Source: the human T2T-CHM13v2.0 reference genome, Homo sapiens. Taken from it: 64,000 nt of DNA. A model generated the notes under the pieces. It was not told where the DNA came from and made no database searches. It saw nothing but the letters and a program-made list of their open reading frames with translations. Location: assembly GCF_009914755.1 (NCBI RefSeq), contig NC_060933.1. One strand, given 5' to 3'. Position numbers and translations under genes: made by a program. Of the stretch, positions 1-48,533 are shown in pieces; position 1 is the stretch's first letter; every line of letters begins with the position of its first letter.

Positions 1-89
1 AAAAAAAAAAAAATCATCTGGATCTCGGCCGGGCACAGGGGCTCATGTCTGTAATCCCAGCACTTTGGGAGGCCGAAGCGGGCAGATCA

Positions 90-505
<416 letters not shown>

Positions 506-1249
506 TCAATCCCTTGTCATATATGTTATTTTCAAATCTTCCTGTGGGTTGCTTCTTTATTCAGTTGATACTGTCTTTGAAGTGCAAAAATTATTATTTT
601 TTGAGACAAGAGTCTCACTCTGTTGCCCAGGCGGGAGTGCACTGGCGCGATCTTGGCTCACAGCAACCTCCCCCTCCTGGGTTCAAACAGTTCTCTGCCT
701 CAGCCTCCAGAGTTTAGTTGGGATTACAGCGCCCGCCACCACGCCCGACTAATTTTTGGATATTTAGTAGAGACGGGGTTTCATCATCTTGGCCAGGCTG
801 GTGTTGAACTCCCGATCCACCCGCCTCAGCCTCCCAAAGTGCTGGGATTACAGGCGTGAGCCACCGCGCCCGGCCGATGTGCAGAAATTATTTTGATGAC
901 ATCCACTTTGTTGGTCTCTTGTTGCTTGTGCTTTTAGTGTCATTTCTAAGAATCTGTTGCCAAATTAAAAGTTGTGAAGGTTTATCCCGTTTTTTTCCTA
1001 AGAGTTTTATAGTTTTAACTTTTTTTTGTTGTTTTTTGGGTTTTTGTTGAGACGGAGTCTCGCTCTGTCACCCAGGCTGGAGTGCAGTAGCGCCATCTCG
1101 GCTCCTGCAACCTCTGCCTCGCAAGTTCAAGCGATTCTCCTGCCTCAGCCTCCCAGGTAGCTGGGATTACAGGCGCCCGCCACCACATCCGGCTAATTTT
1201 TGTATTTTTAGTAGAGTCGGGGTTTCATCATGTTGGCCGGACTGGTCTC

Positions 1250-2199
1250 TGTGGGCGGCAAGCCACCCAGGTGCCGAGGCAAGAGACCGAGGGCACGAGC
1301 TGTTCCAGTATAATAAAGAAAATATACAGAATAAGAATAGTTATACTGGAACTAGAATATAGATATGATATATGAATATTAATCATTAGTTTGTAGCATT
1401 ACTCTTTGTTCCAATATTATAATAATCTCTGTTCTACAATTATAACCTGGGAAAAACCAGGCCATACAGAGATAGGAGCTGAAGGGACATGGTGAGAAGC
1501 GACCAAAGACAAGTGTGAGCCTTCTGTTATGCCCAGACAGGGCCACTAGAGGGCTCCTTGGTCTAGCGGTAACGCCAGTGCCTGGGAAGACACCCACTGC
1601 TTAGCAGACCAGGAAAGGGAGTCTCGTTTCCCCAGGGGAGTTAGAGAAGACTCTGCTCCACCACCTCTTGTGGAAGGCCTGACATCAGTCAAGCCCGCCC
1701 GCAGCCATCCGGAGGCCTAAACGTCTCCCTGTGATGCTGTGCTTCAGCGGTCACGCTCCTGGTCCACTTTCGTGTTCCGCCCTGTACACCTGGCTGTGCC
1801 TTCTAGATAGCAGTAGCAGAATTAGTGAAAGTATTAAAGTGTTTGATCTCTCCGAGAAATACATAGAAGAAATAATGACATAAGCTGTCCCCATTCTCTC
1901 TCCGCCTCGGCTACCAAATAGGGAAGGGCCCCCTGTCCGGTGGACACGTGACTCACATGACCTTACGTATCGCTGGAGACGACTCACACTTCTTACCTGC
2001 CCCCTTGCCTTGTATCGAATGAATAACAGTGCAGCCAGGCATTCGGGGCCACTACCGGTCTCCATGCCTTGGTGGTAGTGGTCCCCTGGGCCCAGCTGTC
2101 TTTTCTTCCATCTCTTTGTCTTGTGTCTTTATTTCTACGATCTCTCATCTCTGCACATGAAGAGAAAAACACACAGGCACAGTAGGGCTGGACCCTATA
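1250..2199 (+). mobile_element. Solo LTR13 (HERV-K13/HML-4) inserted inside an Alu
   Basis: Starts TGTGGGCGGCAAGCCACCCAGGTGCCGAGGCAAGAGACC, ends GGGCTGGACCCTATA; TSD GTCTC/GTCTT; Alu halves at 1021-1249 and 2200-2283. Confidence 0.85.
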
Positions 2200-2289
2200 G
2201 TCTTGAACTCCTGACCTCGTAATCCGCCCATGTTGGCCTCCCAAAGTGCTGGGATTACACGGGTGAGCCACCGCGTCTGGCCCAACTTT

Positions 2290-3020
<731 letters not shown>

Positions 3021-3036
3021 TGAGGCGGGTGGATCA

Positions 3037-3303
<267 letters not shown>

Positions 3304-3377
3304 TCAAGGAACCCTACGTTTCTGTCAGGACAAGAGAAACGGCAAGTGGAACTGGGGGACCATACTGTGTTTTTGGG

Positions 3378-3477
3378 GGTCAGATGGGTAAGGCGCTGAC
3401 TTTGTAAGAAGGTTTGAGAAAAGCACATCTCACATGAGTGTGAAACCAAATCATCACACTGAGGAACTACAAAAAAT
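3378..3477 (-). pseudogene. U13 (SNORD13) snoRNA retrocopy
   Basis: Reverse complement ATTTTTTGTAGTTCCTCAGTGTGATGATTTGG...TGTGAGATGTGC...TTACCCATCTGACC aligns along U13; box C TGATGA and box D CTGA kept. Confidence 0.85.
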
Positions 3478-3700
3478 CAGTGTTTACAGACGTTAATTTC
3501 CACCTGAGCACAACCTGGCTCCATCCCATACATTCTGGTAGTTTCTGCTCTCGTTTTCATTCATCTCTAAGTATTTTCTACCTCCCCTTGTAGTTCTTCT
3601 TTGACCCATTGGTTAAGAGTATGTTGTTTAATTGCCACAGATTTGCAAATTTTCCAGCTTTTCCTGTTACTCGTTTCTTTCTTTTTTTTTTTTTTTTTGA

Positions 3701-4018
<318 letters not shown>

Positions 4019-4447
4019 TGAAAAACATACTTTGATGGATGGACACACTAACTCACACCTACAATCCCAGTGCTTTGGGAGCCCCAGGTGGGAGGCTCAT
4101 TTGAGGAAAGGAGTTCAGGACCCACCTGGGCAACATAGTGAGATCCCATCTCTACAAATTAAAATTAGCCAGGTGTGGTGGTGTGCACCTGTAGTCCTAG
4201 CTATTTGGGAGGCTGAGATGGGAGGATCACTTGAGCCCAGGAGTTCAAGGCTACAGTGAGCTATGGATCATGTAACTGCACTCCGGCCTAGGAGGCAGAC
4301 AGACACACACACATGTGCACCCACGTGTGTGTATATACATACTGTATTATTTCAACCTTTGAGGCTGGGCATGGTGGCTCATGCCTGCAATCCCAGCACT
4401 TTGGGAGGCCGAGGTGGGCAGATCACCTGAAGTCAGGACCAGCCTAA

Positions 4448-4794
<347 letters not shown>

Positions 4795-4816
4795 TTAGGC
4801 TGGGCGCGGTGGCTCA

Positions 4817-5071
<255 letters not shown>

Positions 5072-5074
5072 TTA

Positions 5075-5239
<165 letters not shown>

Positions 5240-5863
5240 TTAAAAAAAAAAAAAAAAAAACTTTGAAAATGAAAATATAGGCCAGGCGCAGTGGCTCATG
5301 CCTGTAATCCCAGTACTTTGGGAGTTTGAGATAGGTAGATCACCTGAGGTTGGGAGTTCGAGACCAGCCTGGTCAACATGGTGAAACGCCATCTCTATTA
5401 AAACTACAAACATTAGCTGGGCATGGTGGCACATGCCTATAGTCCCAGCTACTCTGGAGGCTGAGGCATGAGAATCACTTGAACCCAGCAGGTGGAGGTT
5501 GCAGTGAGCCGAGATAGCACTACTGCGCTCCAGCCTGGGTGACAAAGTAAGACTCTGTCTCAAAAAGAAAAAAAAAAAAAGAAAATATCTTAAGGCCAGG
5601 TGCGGTGGCTCATGCTTGTAATCCCAGGACTTTGGGAGGCTGAGGCAGGCAGATCACCTGAGGTCAGGAGTTTGAGACCAGCTTGGCCTAGATGGTGAAA
5701 CCCCGTCTCTACTAAAAATACAAAAATTAGCCAGGCATGGTGGCGGGAGCCTATAATCCCAGCTACTCAGGAGGCTGAGGCAGGAGAATCACTTCAACCC
5801 AGGAGGTGGAGGTTGCGGTGAGCCGAGATCGTGCCACTGCACTCTAGCCAGGGCAACAAAGCA

Positions 5864-5866
<3 letters not shown>

Positions 5867-5943
<77 letters not shown>
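5867..5943. repeat. Poly(A)-(TA)n microsatellite derived from an Alu tail
   Basis: ~A33 followed by ~21 TA units. Confidence 0.95.
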
Positions 5944-5947
<4 letters not shown>

Positions 5948-6150
5948 CTTCTTTTAATATATTTTAATATGTGGCCTAACACATGGTCTGTCCTGGAGGA
6001 TGTTCCGTGTGCTTAAAAACTGTGTGTTCTGCTGTTGTTGGGTGAGTGTTCTGTGTCCGTCCTTTCTAGTTGATTTTAGCACTGTCCAGACCCTCTATTT
6101 CCTTGTTGATCTGCCACCTAGATACGTTTTCCATTACTGAAATAGGTTGA

Positions 6151-6489
<339 letters not shown>

Positions 6490-7500
6490 TGATCCACCCA
6501 CCTGGGCCTCCCAAAGTGCTGGGATTACAGGCGTGAGCCACTGCGCCCGGCCATACATCTTTATAATTGCTATAATGTGTTCATGAATTGACCCTTTTAT
6601 TACTATATAATGTCCTTATATCATGTAATAATTTTTTTTTATTTTGAAACGGGGTCTTTTTCTGTTGCCCAGCCTGGAGTGCAGTGGTGCAATCATAGTT
6701 CATGACTGCCTCAAACTCCTCGACTCCCACAATCCTCCTGCCTCAGCTGCCTGAGTAGCTAGGACTATAGGTCCTAATTTATTTTATTTTTTGTAGAGAC
6801 GGGATGTCACTATTTTGACCAGGCTGCTTTTGAACTTCCTGTCTCACTTGATCCTCCCACCTCAGCTTCCTCAAGTTCTGAGATTACAGGCATGAGCCAC
6901 TGTGCCCAGTCCATCCTTTTACTTTCAATCTATTTAAATCTACTTCTCAACAGCATCTGGAATTTGGCCATTCTCCTTCCTGAACCGTATCTTCAATGAT
7001 GAGATGTTTTCCTGGTTCTCTGGCTGCCCTTGCCCTCCTCCCTGACCCCAATCTTCTCAGTCTGGTGGCACTCAGGACTAGGCCTGGCCCCTTCTTCCAA
7101 CCTTTCCGGACGACAAAAACCATCTATACCTAGGGACTCCTAAAACCTGTCTCCCCTGGCAGACTCTGATCCCGGCACCACCTGCCCACCAAGGTCTCCA
7201 TGGCGCCTCCCAGGCATCTCACAGTGGGCAGATCCAAAACGGAGCTCCTCAGTGTCCCCAAGCCAGAGCCTGCACAGCCTTTGCTGGCCCCTCCACCCAG
7301 GGACCCGCCCTCCTTTTCCCAAGGCCCACTCCTGCGGAGCCCTCCTCCCCCACTCAGCTTTTCCCACAGCCAGGCAGCTCTCCTGGCCTCCTGCCCTCCA
7401 GTGTCTCCACCCAGCCAGAGCAGTTTCACAGTAAACATCTCAGACCTCCAGTCCACGCCAAAATCTTCCCGCACATCAACTGAACCCTCCATGCTACCTC

Positions 7501-8020
7501 TGTAGCAGGACGAGCCGCAGACAAAACCCCTGACAACGGGTTAAAGACGGAAGTGGCGAGACTCCGTCTCAAAAAAAAAAAAAAAAAAGGAAGTGGCTTC
7601 ATTCCGCGGGAACTTCGGCAGACTTGCGTCTTTAAGTACCGAGCTCCCTGAAAAAGAAATTCCCGGCCCTTTTAAGGGCTTACAACTCTAAGGGGTCCAC
7701 ATGGAAGGGTCCTGGTAGATTGAGTAAGCGCGGGAAATGTGACTAGGGGCTATGCATCAGCTCACAGAACAGAAAGTTTTACAATGCTTCTGCATACAAC
7801 GTCTGGAATTTACAGATAACACAAGTAGTTCAGGTCAGGAGCTGATATTATTATTATAATTATTAACCACCAGGGCTGGGTGGTGGCGCCAAGGTCGTCT
7901 GGCTATTTATCTTACTTCGGTTTCTTTCCAACTGTTTGCTTTCTCCCTTTCCTCCTGCCTTATAAACTAGGCAAGGTGGGGAGAGGAGGCCAGCAGGAAA
8001 AGTGGTGGTCTGCTTCCTTA
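7501..8020 (-). mobile_element. Solo LTR2-family (HERV-E) LTR
   Basis: Reverse complement begins TAAGGAAGCAGACCACC and ends GCTCGTCCTGCTACA; exact 4-bp TSD CCTC at 7497-7500 and 8021-8024. Confidence 0.8.
7556..7588 (+). mobile_element. Ultra-truncated Alu (last ~15 nt plus A18)
   Basis: GCGAGACTCCGTCTC-A18 flanked by GGAAGTGGC at 7549-7557 and 7589-7597. Confidence 0.8.
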
Positions 8021-8999
8021 CCTCCAGGACCTGTAGGACCACGGATGGACTGAGACAACCCCCACTCCGTCTCCCAGCCCTGGGAATTTCACCGTCTCAA
8101 ATATGCCAAGGTCCTCCTTGCCTCAGGCAGTTTCGCTCAGGCTCAAGTCAGCCCCCTCCCCACCCTGCCCGGTGCCAGCAGCTTCTCAGCCCTCAGATCT
8201 TGCCTTCAGTGCCGCAGCCTCCGCTGAGCCCTCAGAACCAGCCACGGTTCTTCCCCAGGGCCCTGCTCTTTTCCACACAGGACGTACACATGTGCCACCT
8301 GCCTCTGCCTGTCTGTGGCTGGCTTCTCACCAGCCTCTCCTACAAATCTGTTTTATTCATCTCTGCAGTCAGAACTAAAACGGCAACTGGCCACGGTAGG
8401 CGTTCAAGGAGAATGAAACAAAGAATATGCCTGTTTCTTCCCAGCCAAGAATAGGTTGTGCTCCCAGAGACAGACACAAAAGGGACTCAGAAAGGCATGC
8501 TCTGAGTTGAGAGTCTCAACTGAATCTCAGTGACTCTCCGACTGAGAGTCTATAACGCCCTTAAGCCAAAGACCACTGCAAACACGCCTGTAGTTAAACA
8601 AGTTGGGTCTTTTACTCTACGTACAAACACACCAGGTTGAGACGTTGAGGTGTCTCAGCAACAGGGTGTTCGGAGGAAACTATTACAGGATTTCACCTGT
8701 AGTTGGGTGATTTGGGGGATGATCTAAGGAAGGAGGATTTGGTTCTAGATTAGACGCACGCTGGAGCCCAGGAGGTCGAGGCCGCAGTGGGCCATGATCG
8801 CCACTGCGCTCCAGCCTGGGCGACTAAGCGAGACCTTGCCACAAAAACATAAAAAAAGATTAGACGCTGTGGGAAGGAAGAGGGTAATTCTCAGCTTATG
8901 ATCGCTGCATGTGACAGGGTGAGCTGTGCGTTCCCTGCTTAGAATCAAGAAGAGGTCTTAGTTCATCTCACTTTGTCGTGGTGTCTGCGTGGCGCTTCA

Positions 9000-10574
9000 T
9001 GCCTCACAGAACATGGGCTGGCTACGAGGGTCAAACCAGGCCACAGCAACGCGTCAGGGGCCGCTTGCCTTCTTAGGAGCAACAGGTCCAGAGGCTTCCG
9101 CTCCAAGAGGGACTGGGGCCTGGGCCAGGACCTTGCCGAAAATCAAACGAAGCCCAGACAACCTGCTGGGGCTCCAACCCTTCCTCCCACCACCACCGCC
9201 CCGCAGAATTTGGGCCGCTGAGACCGCTGCAGGCGTGCCGACCACGGCTGCCCCGGCCCGGAAAGCAGATTTGCCCCTTTTTGCGGGGTAAGGGTGGAGA
9301 GGGCGGCGTCGGGGGGAGTCGAGTCTGCCCGCCCAGGCCCCGCTCGGAGCCGCAGGCTGGGAGGGCGGCGGGCGCAGCGACCCCGGGCCTCGGTCCGCCC
9401 GGCGCGGTCCTCACCCTGCAGCACAAGAGCCGCCGGCAGTTCTTGCTGTTGCCGTAGCTCTCGCCAAAGCTCTGCGTCACCGAAATGAAGTCCTGATGAA
9501 GCAGCGGCGGCGGATGCGTGGAAGGGGGCCTCGAGGAACCACCGGCGGCATCAGGAGACCCGGTCCTGTAAAAGACTGAGAGCTCCGCCTCTCCGATACT
9601 CGCGGGCAGCCATTGCGGCGCACAGAACCGTCCGCGTGTGAGCAGCGCGCACGCGCACGCAATGCGCCTCAACCCCGCAGCCTATGCGCCTGCACTGAGA
9701 GCTCACGGCTTGCGGCGCCTGCGTCTACCCCGCGCGCAGTCGCCACGGCAACAGGGCGGGCCTTGGTTCTGCTTCGGGCGTGGTCGGTGCATGGTCCTCC
9801 AGCACTGTTCGCCCCGCGGGTCTGGTCCTGGGTTCCTTTCGCCTCCTGTCGTCGGACGGCACCGGCTTTGCCCACGGCCTCGCGGGGAGACGCAGACACC
9901 CGGGACCCGGGGAGGCGCCCGGGCGCCGCCGCCATGTTGTCAGGGAGCGCCCGCTCCCAGCTCTTCGGTTCCGGGACCCGCGGCGCGGGGATGGGGCTGG
10001 GCCGCCCTTGGTAGCCGTCCTGGGCTGGGGGCCACCCTGGCCGCGTGGTCACCGGCAAGAAGCCCAGGGCCTCACCCGGGCGCGGCGTCGCGGGGGCCGA
10101 GGGAAGGACCGGACCCTCCCGAGGTCGCGGACCCGGCCGGCTGGGGCGAGGCTGGGGTGGCCCCTACCCCGAGCTAAGCTGGCCGCGCCGCATCTCACCG
10201 TCGCCGGGGCCCGAGCGCTGCGCCTGGACCGGCGCCGAGCGAGGGGGCCAAGCGGCCGGCTGGACCCACAGTCCCCGCGCCATAGGCGGGTCGGTGCTTT
10301 CAGACTCGGCTCCAGCCCTCAAACCTGGTAGCCTTGGAGGTCAGCTTGAGATGACTGCGCTTCCTGCGCGCGTTGTCCTCCCCAGAAACGCTCAAAATGG
10401 CAAAGCGGCGTCCGTGGCCGCCGGAGGCCTGTGTTCTCCCCTGCCGAACCTCACGCGCGGCCCCTCCCTCATTTTCTTCTGGCCAGGCTGCCCCCTGCCC
10501 CTTGGGCGATTCTGCTGCGTCCCACGGTCCTGGCTGTGGCATTTCTGGGTGTTTGGAGGGCTCCCCCGGCAACG

Positions 10575-10580
<6 letters not shown>
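9000..10580. promoter_or_regulatory. Orphan CpG island with housekeeping-promoter motifs
   Basis: Very high GC/CpG; NRF1-like GCGCACGCGCACGC (~9646-9660), YY1-like CCGCCATGTT (~9929-9938) and AAAATGGC (~10394). Confidence 0.8.
9415..9613 (-). pseudogene. Degenerate unprocessed copy of MAN1B1 (ER alpha-1,2-mannosidase I) exon 1
   Basis: Across frames reads MAAREYRRGGALS.. / LLMPPV / HPPPLLHQDFISVTQSFGESYGNSKNCRRLLCCR|GTGAGG, versus recalled MAN1B1 [50 protein letters not shown]; in-frame TGA at 9553-9551, frameshifts. Confidence 0.8.
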
Positions 10581-15665
<5,085 letters not shown>

Positions 15666-17403
15666 GGGAGGTGTTCTTTCTAGACCTCACCTGGGAGTCA
15701 CGCACCATTACCTCTACCACGTTCCATTTGTAAGTGCAGGCCATGTATGCCTGGAGGGAAATCAATCTTCTGCCGAACAGGGTGGTGTTCAAAGCACCAC
15801 CGGCTCCACCACACTCTGCCTTTTATTCTGCATTCTGTTTCTTGAGACCACGCGCCGCTACGTGGAATGGTCTCAGGAGCTCATGTGTTTGTGCTCCATG
15901 AAGTCAGAAAGTCCAGCCTTTGCACTGCCACATACCCACCCTTAGAACAGCGTCTGGTACACGGTAGGTGCTCAGTGAATGTGCCTAGTGGAGTAAACGT
16001 GCGGTGCGGTGCTGCCTGCGGTCGGATCTGTGGGGATCCTGTGATGGGGAAGACGGCTACCAGGAAAGGTGGAATTTGGAAAGTCAGGACAGGGAGAGAG
16101 GAGGGACTTTGTGGAGGCAGGAAGGTATGGGAGCCAGTCCAGCACAAGGGCTGGCGGGAAAGCCTCGTGGGTGTCAGAGACTATACCTCTGTGAGGGTCC
16201 CTGGGCTCCCCCAGGTCAGGGCAGAGGTCCTGACCCCAGTCTAGCTCTTTAGCGGGGGCCAGGCCCGAGATGGCCAGCTCCGTTTCCCCTGCGTGGCCTG
16301 GCAGCCCCTCCAGGAGCTGGCACGGGAAGCAGGCCTGTCCTCCACGCCCTTGGCCGGCCTTGGCTGCGATGGGTGGAGACGCTTCTGCCCGCCCCACCCC
16401 TGTCTGTCTGCCTCCTCCTCTCAAGCAGGCTTCCTCTCGACAGAAATGTGTCTGCAGGTGGCTCTTGAGCCCCAGTTCTCAGGGATTCACCTGCAGAGGA
16501 TGTAGAGCTGGGGTCCCTTCCCTGCTTCTGATCTGCCCAAAATCCTAGGGAGAGCCCTGATTGGCAACCCCTCGGCCAATGGGCTGAGGCCAGGGCGCGT
16601 CTGCACCCGGGTTGACAGCCCTGACTAGAACCGCGAGGCTGGGGTCGGGGAGGAGCAGCCGCCTCCCGCCGGGGCCGCAGCTGTCAGAGTGGGCAAGGGG
16701 ATCTCCACAGAGGGGAGACTGTCCCACAGTGGCCCGGGGTAGAACAGCGCTTCCCTCCCCACCCAGCGCCTGACTGCTGGCCCCGGGCCCATCCCAGGGC
16801 AGTGCCCCAGGTCTCTGGTCCTCCCCACAGCCTTTGTCTCACCAGGTCTCAGAGGGGTCCGAGTCCAGGCTCATCTGTTGTGGTACCACTGCCCCCTCCC
16901 TCATGGTTGTGGAAGAAGCCCACGGGGGGAAAATGCAGAGCAGAATCCAGGAAAGACTCGCTCACAGGAGGAGCTGTGGCCTGGAGACGCGGCCTCCACC
17001 CCATCTCCATCATGGACAACCTGCCAAGGGGTCTTGAACAGAAGCTTGGGGACGCACATACGGTCCGGTGGGGCAGTGACCCACTGGCAGACCAGCTCCC
17101 TGAGTAGAAAAGAAAAAGCCCTGGTTTGTGGGGTTTGATGATTCCGTGGCAGCAGAGATAATCCCACTGTGGCCAATTTCGAAGCCTGACTGTAACAGCT
17201 GCTGGCAGGTGTCTGAACATTTAGCGATCAGCTCTCCAGGGTCAGCGGGAGTCGCTCCAGCACCCCACGGGGTGGGGGTGGGTGGGTGGAGCCAGGGCCT
17301 CTGCTGCAGCCTCCAACCCCTTTCTTCCACGCTGATGAGGCGCTGTCTGGGCTCAGGTCTACCCCCACGCAGCTGCCAGGCTCTGGCCTGCCTGAGGCGG
17401 ATA

Positions 17404-17803
<400 letters not shown>

Positions 17804-18679
17804 TGAGGGCCCCGAGGCGGATGACCCGTGTGCCTCAACCCGAACGGGGAGAGGCGGGGTCTGCAGCAGGGTACGGGCAGGTGATCCCCCAAGGAAAGAT
17901 TTTCCTGTATTGAGAGAGAAGGGGCCAAGAGGAGGAGCTTGTCAAACACCACAGCCCCTCCCCCTCCTCTCAGCTCCAGGGGGTCCCTGGTGCCAGTGTT
18001 CGGCTGATGGAGAGAACGGCAAGCGGGAGAGAGAGTGTGACCCCTGTGGGCACATGACTTCCCTTGCTGCACTGCTGCACATAGCAGAGGTGTGGTGACG
18101 ACCCTGTTTTGTCCCATTGGGGGCGTTTGCTGTTAGGTCTGCAGAATCCTCAGTTGCTATTGGAAATGGTGACATCACTGGCAGGGGCGGAGCTTCAGCC
18201 ATCCTTCAAGTTAGGGAGGGGCACGCACACTCCAGGGGTGGAGGGGGACAAAGACAGGGTGGTGTGGACCAGAGGGATGGGTAAGGCTCTGGAAAAGGGG
18301 GCGCTGGGAGCGCATTGCGAGGGGGCTGGAGAGGGAGAGAGGAGCGGAAGCTGAGGGTGTGAAACGGCTGGCCCCGAACACACCTCGCGGCGCTCCAGTG
18401 ATTCCTGGTGTCCGACCTCAGCCCCAGTCAGTGCGGGTCCAGTTTCCAGGCTCTCGCGGAAGGCCTGGCTGAGCACATGCGGCAGCCACGGTCACCCTCC
18501 CTATTCCTCTTAGCCCGAGGAGGGGGGTCCCAAGTTACATGGCCACGCAGATGGGGCCTCTCCCTCATTTCTGAACCTTGTGGGGAGGGGAACCTTGAAG
18601 GGAGCGCCCCCCAGAGCCATGGCTTAGGGCCTCCCCCACCCCTCTGGAGCTCCAGTCTGCAAGAGTCAGGAGCCGAAAT

Positions 18680-47207
<28,528 letters not shown>

Positions 47208-47453
47208 GACTCCCCGCCCGCCCTCCTCTGCCCCCTCCCCCGCAGACAGACAGACAGACGGACGGGACAGCGGCCCGGCCCACGCAGAGCCCCGGAGCAC
47301 CACGGGGTCGGGGGAGGAGCACCCCCAGCCTCCCCCAGGCTGCGCCTGCCCGCCCGCCGGTTGGCCGGCTGGCCGGTCCACCCCGTCCCGGCCCCGCGCG
47401 TGCCCCCAGCGTGGGGCTAACGGGCGCCTTGTCTGTGTATTTCTATTTTGCAG

Positions 47454-47522
47454 CAGTACCATCCCACTGATATCACGGGCCCGCTCAACCTCTCAGATCC
47501 CTCGGTCAGCACCGTGGTGTGA
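47454..47522 (+). CDS. GRIN1: GRIN1 C2' terminal cassette (alternative 3' splice site; PDZ ligand STVV)
   Basis: QYHPTDITGPLNLSDPSVSTVV* following ttttgcag acceptor. Confidence 0.96.
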   Translation, partial: QYHPTDITGPLNLSDPSVSTVV

Positions 47523-48533
47523 GGCCCCCGGAGGCGCCCACCTGCCCAGTTAGCCCGGCCAAGGACACTGATGGGTCCTGCTGCTCGGGAAGGCCTGAGG
47601 GAAGCCCACCCGCCCCAGAGACTGCCCACCCTGGGCCTCCCGTCCGTCCGCCCGCCCACCCCGCTGCCTGGCGGGCAGCCCCTGCTGGACCAAGGTGCGG
47701 ACCGGAGCGGCTGAGGACGGGGCAGAGCTGAGTCGGCTGGGCAGGGCCGCAGGGCGCTCCGGCAGAGGCAGGGCCCTGGGGTCTCTGAGCAGTGGGGAGC
47801 GGGGGCTAACTGGCCCCAGGCGGAGGGGCTTGGAGCAGAGACGGCAGCCCCATCCTTCCCGCAGCACCAGCCTGAGCCACAGTGGGGCCCATGGCCCCAG
47901 CTGGCTGGGTCGCCCCTCCTCGGGCGCCTGCGCTCCTCTGCAGCCTGAGCTCCACCCTCCCCTCTTCTTGCGGCACCGCCCACCCACACCCCGTCTGCCC
48001 CTTGACCCCACACGCCGGGGCTGGCCCTGCCCTCCCCCACGGCCGTCCCTGACTTCCCAGCTGGCAGCGCCTCCCGCCGCCTCGGGCCGCCTCCTCCAGA
48101 CTCGAGAGGGCTGAGCCCCTCCTCTCCTCGTCCGGCCTGCAGCCCAGAACGGGCCTCCCCGGGGGTCCCCGGACGCTGGCTCGGGACTGTCTTCAACCCT
48201 GCCCTGCACCTTGGGCACGGGAGAGCGCCACCCGCCCGCCCCCGCCCTCGCTCCGGGTGCGTGACCGGCCCGCCACCTTGTACAGAACCAGCACTCCCAG
48301 GGCCCGAGCGCGTGCCTTCCCCGTGCGGCCCGTGCGCAGCCGCGCTCTGCCCCTCCGTCCCCAGGGTGCAGGCGCGCACCGCCCAACCCCCACCTCCCGG
48401 TGTATGCAGTGGTGATGCCTAAAGGAATGTCACGCAGTTTTCGGTCTGTGTCGCTTGTTGACGCCGGCAGACAGTGTAAAGGGAGGGCAAAGGCATGGGG
48501 GAAGCTTCGAGCGCTCCAGGCGGCCGCGGCCGC

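Noticed and set aside
8020-9000. Search for a MAN1B1 exon 2 remnant downstream of the relic exon
   Set aside because: No KWKQLSRLQRN-like match visible; the region looks like old LTR plus Alu fragment, family not assignable by eye
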